Assembly: GCA_039621445.1 (NCBI GenBank)
Contig: CP154954.1
Coordinates: 40,727,572-40,791,571 of the forward strand
Direction: 5' to 3'
DNA: 64,000 nucleotides
Source of the DNA: Euglena gracilis
Taxonomy: Eukaryota
This document shows, piece after piece, positions 58,100 through 64,000 of the stretch. Each line of letters begins with the position of its first letter. Position 1 is the stretch's first letter. Under the pieces are notes generated by a model. It had not been told where the DNA came from, did not search any database, and was given only the letters and a program-made list of their open reading frames with translations. The position numbers and the translations under genes are program-made.

Positions 58100-60786
58100 C
58101 ATCAATTGTGCAAGTGACGCCCATGGCGACAGCCTCCCGCCAACCTCGCCCGCCGCCGCCCCTCCCCCTCCCCCTCCCCCCCCTGAGTCGCGGCCCGCCA
58201 GCCCCCCGCTGCCCCTCCCGGCGCTCCAGGCGCCCATCGACACCGACGAGCCGCCACACCCGTACGTGCGGAAGGGCCCCGCCCCCGGCCCAGGGCCCTG
58301 GCCCGCTGCGCCTCTCCTCGCGTCGGTTGCCCGAACTGGAAGCGGCTCCGTCCAGGCGGAATCGGAAGGTGGTTGGGGGGGCATGGCTGAAAAAAAAAAA
58401 GCTCGCCGCCGGCACTCTTGTACAGGACGCACCAGCAGCTCAGGGAAAACACTCCAGGAGGCCCATTTTTGCCCTTTGTGTCGGTAGGTCTGTAGCTGAT
58501 TGTGCATGAGCCGATTATGTGTTTTGTTTGCTGATTTTTCGGAAGTGGGTGATGCTTCTTGCTGCTTCTGGCTGCCTTGACTGCTTCTGGTTACTTTTGG
58601 CTGCTTCTGGTTGTTGTTTTTCAGCAGTCTCCGATTGTTTCTGGCTGCTTTTTTGGCTATTTTTGGCAAAATGTTCAAAACGGTCGAAATTGCCGAATTC
58701 GCCAAAAAATGCTCATTTTGTTTATATTGGCATACCCTTCACCTGCAGTCAATCATTTGCTGACCAGGGCCGACCAGGGCAGACAAGAGCACCAACCCAG
58801 GAAGCGACTGTTCGTGCCTGCCACCCACCCACCCCTGTGGATGCACACCCAAACCCACAACCACACACACGTACACAACCCTGCGCACCACACACAACCT
58901 TGGAAGGGGCCGGCCCCCTGCCCACAACGGCAGCCGCCCACCATGTCCCAGCTGCGGATCTTCGCCGCCTCCATCACCCGGACATGGGCGGCCGCGCCTC
59001 ACACCCTTGCTCTCCCCTCCCTCCCCTTCCCTCTCTATCCCTTGCCTGGGCCGCCGATGGCCCCGCGCGGACCCTGCCACAGAGGACGCCTTCCAGCGGC
59101 GGCCATCGGGCGGCGCTGTCTCCCCAGCCAGGGGGGGGGGGGGGCTGGACGGCCAACCCCATCGGAATCGGGGTTGGGATTGGGCGGTGGAAACATTGCT
59201 GCGCCTGCCGACTTTTCAGGGGGGGGGGAGGGGTGACTGGTACTTATGTCGACCACAACACCCGAAGGTTTCACGCCAATACCTCAGGCCACGCCTTTCC
59301 AGAGATGGGGGCCTGGGGTAGCAATAAGCCAGCGTCACTGCCTTTCGTCCCTGGGTTTGTGCTGGCCCCCCCCCACCCCACCCTCTGGCGGCAACCATGC
59401 AGTTGCTCTGGCACCCCGAGGAGCTCACCATGGGCACGATCTCCCCTGACCAGATACAGACTTAGGTGGGAGGTCACGGGAGGTTGGTTCGTGTGAGTTC
59501 CCACCGCATTGCATCCCAACCAATCCTGTTCAACTCCATTTTTTTCCCACGGCTGAGAGCCGCGGCCCAATCCAAACCGCAAATCGATCATAAAAACAGA
59601 ATTTCTGAGGTTATTTGAAGAAATAGGGTAACAGGGCTCGGCGATCCAACCAATCGGCCTCCCAACCTCCCGCAAAATGACCACCTGCAAACCCTCGCCA
59701 CTCTGGAGGTTTCCAAGAGCCGGCAGCTTCTCCACCTGGTTTTGTTGGGCATGGATTGCCTTGCCCTTGTTTTTTTCTGTCGCTTTTTCTTTCTCAGTGC
59801 TTTTGGAGAAGACTGGGGGTTGCACAGGCCCCTGGGGATGGGTGAGTCCACCCCCCCAGCTACGCCTTGCTCTGACAAAAGCCCTGGCGCGTGTATGGGG
59901 GGGGGGGGCACAGTCGGGGGGAGGCCGTGGCGGCGGCACAGGAGTCGGACCAGCCCAGGCTGCCGGCGACGTGCGACCAGCTGTCGGTGGAGATGGAGTT
60001 GCCCCTCGTGGTGGACCGCCGCTCCTCCCCACTGCTGGCCCCACCCGCCCCCTCCCCCGGTCCCGATTTCGGGGCTCCCGACGGCCAACGCCCGAACCAG
60101 CCCTCCCTCTCCGATGGCCGACCGTCCCACCTTTTGAGCCGAGCAGCGTACTTGTGTGGCAAGGACGCGGCTGGCTTCGACAGGAAAGGATGTGATTTGG
60201 TGTAAAAGGACAACGTGGAAGGGCAAGGGCCTCCTCCGTTCCGGTTTTTCCCTCCGCTGCGCCAAGAAGCCTTCAGTCCAGTCAGCAAAGCTTTTCTTTT
60301 CGCATTCAGTTCCGTGCAATGACAAAGGTCTCTTAGTAATGAAGTCCTGGGCGTTGTTTTAACCCCAAATTTCAACACTAGAGGTGAGAATTTGAGCTTT
60401 GGCTGAATAAAACATACACAAACTGCAGACCAACCAATATAATCGGCCCGCATTATTTTCGAGGTTCGTGCGTTTCTTTGCAAGTGTTGTGTGGAGCCAG
60501 AGTGGGCGGCTGTGCCCGCCTCCCCGCCCGTGCCGCCCGCCATCGCGCAGCCGTCCCCCACCACACCGGTGGGGCAGCGGCTCCAGGCGCGGTCCCCGCT
60601 GCACTACCATCCCCTCGTCCCCGACTCCGCCCGCTCCCGGCCACCGGCGGGCCCGCCCGGCACGCCAACCCTCTCCTCCCACTGTGGGGTGCCCGCCGGC
60701 GGGGCCAGTCCCCCGGGGAGTACGTCGACGCCCTCCACTCCCACCGCCACCTCACCATCCAGCAGTACGCCCGCCTGGGAGCCTGA
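58100..60786 (+). CDS. Putative multi-exon gene of unknown function
   Basis: High-GC3 segments LPALQAPIDTDEPPHPYV (about 58215-58270), QPPTMSQLRIFAASITR (about 58925-58985), AVAAAQESDQPRLPATCDQLSVEMELPLVVDRR (about 59925-60030), GEYVDALHSHRHLTIQQYARLGA* (to 60786); start not defined; segment 51940-52050 may belong. Confidence 0.45.
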
Positions 60787-60898
60787 GGCCCCGCGTCCCC
60801 CTTCTGCCTGGCCCAAATATACCCCGGGAGGTGTGCTGGCACAGGCGGCATCATTTTGTTTGAACTCTGCCCTCCAAATTTGAGCAATCCGTTGCTTA

Positions 60899-61305
60899 CC
60901 CCCCCCCCTATGTCCAACGACCCCCCTATGTCCAATGACCACCCCCCCGGTCAGAGGACACCTTTTCGGAGGTTTGACCAAATTTTTGGTCCCGGCGCTT
61001 CGCGCCGGGACGAAAAATTTTGCCCAAAAATTGGCCAAAAATTTGGCCAAAATGCCATTTTTGACACTTTTTGGACAAAAATTTGTTGAAATTGCCCAAA
61101 ATTTTCGCCGCGAAGCGCCGGAAGGGAAAATTTGGGCATTTTTGGGTGGGTAGGGACCCGGGTACCCACCAACTTTCTTTTGACCCCATGTCCAACGACC
61201 ACCCCCCCGGTCAGAGGACACCTTTTTGGTCACTACCCTATGTCCAACGACCACCCCCCCGGTCAGAGGACAGAGGTTACCGGTCATTGGACATAGGGGG
61301 GGGGG
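60899..61305. mobile_element. TA-TSD MITE (Tc1/mariner-like)
   Basis: TA|CCC..CTATGTCCAA ... TTGGACATAGGG..G|TA; TGTCCAACGACCACCCCCCCGGTCAGAGGACA repeats. Confidence 0.87.
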
Positions 61306-62942
61306 TAAATTTGGCTTCGGCTTTCTGGGAAATTGGGGGGCGTTATTGAACCAAAACCTGACCCACACTCCGTTCATTGATACGCACTCCTTCTGTGCCA
61401 GTGCCTTGGCTGCCACCCGCGACCTCGCGGACTCTCGTGCGACTCTTCACAGCTGGCTCCTTCTGTCTCCGGCTCCGACAACGGCGCAGCCCCCGACACA
61501 CAGCCCTTTCTGGCGGCCTCTCAGCCCGCCGATGCTCCCTCCTCCCAGAGCTATCCTTGCTCCCACCCCCCCACAAGTGTTGTTATGATGCTGATGCCCA
61601 CCCCTCCCCCGGGGAAATGCCATGATCACCCCCCCCCCCGGGGACCAGGAGCTTCCAGAGTCGCTCCGGGAGATCATCAGGGTCGTTGGCACAACCCAAT
61701 GGGCCAACTGCAAGTGGGCATGGCCCTGAGGGCCAGCCTGCCTGCTCGGGGGACCGATCGCAGGAGGGGCAGTGGGTGGGTGTCGACCCAACCCCGGTGC
61801 GGGTTGGAGTGCGGTGGCAGGCGGGCAAGTCAGGACAGGGGAACGCTCAGCTCCTCGGCTGGTCTCTTGTCCACCCCCCAAGACCTCCAGCCTCGAGGGC
61901 GGTGTCTGGCGACTGCCATCAGAACCCCCCCCCCCCGAACACCATAACTACAATTTGAGCCAAGACTCAAAATCGCAGACCCCCCCCCCAAATACTGTAA
62001 AACCAGGCCCTCCCGAATAGTGTCCCAGCACCACAGACCTGCCACCCGTACACCGAAAACATTAAAGTAGCCCATCTTCTGATTTTAATGGTCCCCGGGT
62101 TTTCTGCACCGTGACCAAATAGTTGCCCCCAGGGGGCTTCTGATTGAGGGGTTCGGGTGGCAGGGAGCATCCCCACAACACGTCCCCAACAGGAAGCGCG
62201 GCACCTCCCAGGCAGGGGTGTCCCCCCCCCATCAGCCCCACAGACACCCGGCCCGAGCCGCCAAACCGCTGGGCAGCCCTGCGCAGCATCTCGCTTCTCC
62301 TCTGTTCTTTTGGGCTGCCGCCACGTGATTTCTCATTCCTGGGTTTCGCCATATCACCCTAGGGTTTGGCGGACTGGTTTTTTTTTCCAGAGTGACTGAG
62401 CGTTTGGGGGGAGGCTGTCCACGGTGGGCCAGGGACAGCTCTGTCTTTTTTGGGAAGCAGAGTTCACTGAAGTTCACCCTTACTTTTTTTCAATACAATA
62501 GCCAACTTGGTTCAGCAAAAAAAGACCAAAAATGACTGGAGTGTCTTTTTGAATGCAACCCTGATTGCCGGGTTGCGCTCTGCCTGTTTCCGGCTTCAGA
62601 GCTGGCGGTCATCTGGCGGCAGTTCCTACCGCACCCTGAAGCCCCCCAGGGAACCCCAGCCATGCCCGTCCCGGCCGCCGCCGACCTCTCTGACAGACCG
62701 TCGTCCCCGCCCACCGATGGGGTCACCCCTAAACTCCGGGGAGCGCCCCACAGAGGTGGTTGCTGTGGCACGACGGGGTGATCCCCAAAGCCACGCATCT
62801 TCGTGCCCTCCGTCAGGGCTGCTGCGGTTTGGGGTTTGGCCATCGGTGCTGATCCCCCTTCAACTTCCATTTCGTCCATTTGACATCCCATCCCAGCCAC
62901 CCGCCTGCAGAAGCGTACATTTTTAGGTGGGTGGGTGGCATA

Positions 62943-63436
62943 CCCGCCCCCCCCCCCCGGGCAATTGACGCCCCCGGGCAATTGACGCCCCCGGGCAATT
63001 GACGCCCCCGGGCAATTGTCACCCCTGGCTGTGCCGGCCAATTTGTCACCCCGGGAAATTGTCACCCCCCTCCGTGCTGCCCAATTTGTCACCCCCCCCC
63101 CTACAGAAGATGTTTGTGAACTTTCTTTTCACCAACACGACTCGATTGATCGTCTATTTCGCCACAACATGCTGAGAAATGTCACATACCAAATGCTCTG
63201 CACAATATCACGACCATAGCTGCATTTTTGCGTGTTCACTGGTGTTTCAGATGGTGTTTTTGGTCATTTGGATTTAATGTGGCCTACATGGGTGGGCAAT
63301 TGACGCCCCCGGGCAATTGACGCCCCCGGGCAATTGTCACCCCCCTCTGTGCTGGCCAAATTGTCACCCCGGGAAATTGTCACCCCCCTCCGTGCTGCCC
63401 GATTTGTCACGCGACAATTGCCCGGGGAGGGGCGGG
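62943..63436. mobile_element. TA-TSD MITE, GGCAATTG(A/T)C family, most intact copy
   Basis: TA|CCCGCCCC..CCGGGCAATTG ... CAATTGCCCGGGGAGGGGCGGG|TA. Confidence 0.92.
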
Positions 63437-64000
63437 TACGAGGGTGCCTCCCATGACCAGGGAACAGAGCACAGTTTTTTGAGGACCCGGGGGGATCCAG
63501 CCATCTGGCTGGAAAAAAGGTGCTGGCCGGACCACCCCTCTGAGGGTGGGTTTAACCGGCTGCCAGCCTGAACCTGGATGGCACCCGAAAACAGGCAAAA
63601 AAAGCTCAAATCCAGCTTGAGTTTTTTTCCAGCCAAAACTTTGAGGTGAACCCCAAAACTTTCAAAACGGACATCTGCTGTCATTTTTGACCCATTTTTT
63701 TTAGAAAGCTTTTGGCGCTTTATGCCAGTTTTTTTTGATCCAGCCCAGCTTCACCAGGCTGTGAGAACTTTATTTCCACTCGACCCCACTCCCCGGAGAG
63801 AGGGGTCCGCAGCCCAGATGGGAGCTGCTGGCTGGAAAAAGGCCCTGGCTGGCTGAACCCCCCGTCCCCTCCCGGGTGGGGTGGGGCCCGGCTTAATGAA
63901 TTCCCTGCCTGTGGCCATGGGGAGCGAGGAGAAGTGGAGGTGTTCAGCTTCAACGATGTTGAGTGAGACATTCGGGGCCACAAACCTGGTGGAGAAACTG

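Noticed and set aside
61380-62830. Possible additional exons
   Set aside because: GC-rich but with no consistent frame, splice stems or recognisable motif

Overview
Eukaryotic nuclear DNA, inferred to be euglenid (Euglena-like). Short high-GC3 exons are scattered through MITE- and microsatellite-rich introns, and many introns lack GT-AG ends, being bounded instead by inverted repeats that pair intron position +4 with -6. Almost all ORFs in the supplied six-frame track are spurious. By hand I reconstructed four + strand genes: (1) a secreted or membrane GT77-like nucleotide-diphospho-sugar transferase (3968-24723) whose resolved introns nearly all follow the non-conventional pattern; (2) a complete 15-exon, 459-aa PAK1IP1/Mak11-like WD40 gene (27978-36190) with an NLS and a WWE domain inserted before the last propeller strand; (3) a tandem WW-like, Pro-rich gene (42803-48133); (4) a weakly supported gene of unknown function (about 58100-60786). 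The main finding is a continuum between free CAG...CTG MITEs with 8-bp target-site duplications (TSDs) and the non-conventional introns. The +4/-6 geometry equals an 8-bp TSD split 5+3, several introns retain TSD remnants, and one whole intron is a member of a dispersed MITE family. The window also holds TA-flanked MITEs, a LINE remnant with a 27-bp direct repeat, a 19-bp hairpin satellite and a cluster of 20-bp palindromes. All splice models are manual inferences without transcript data.
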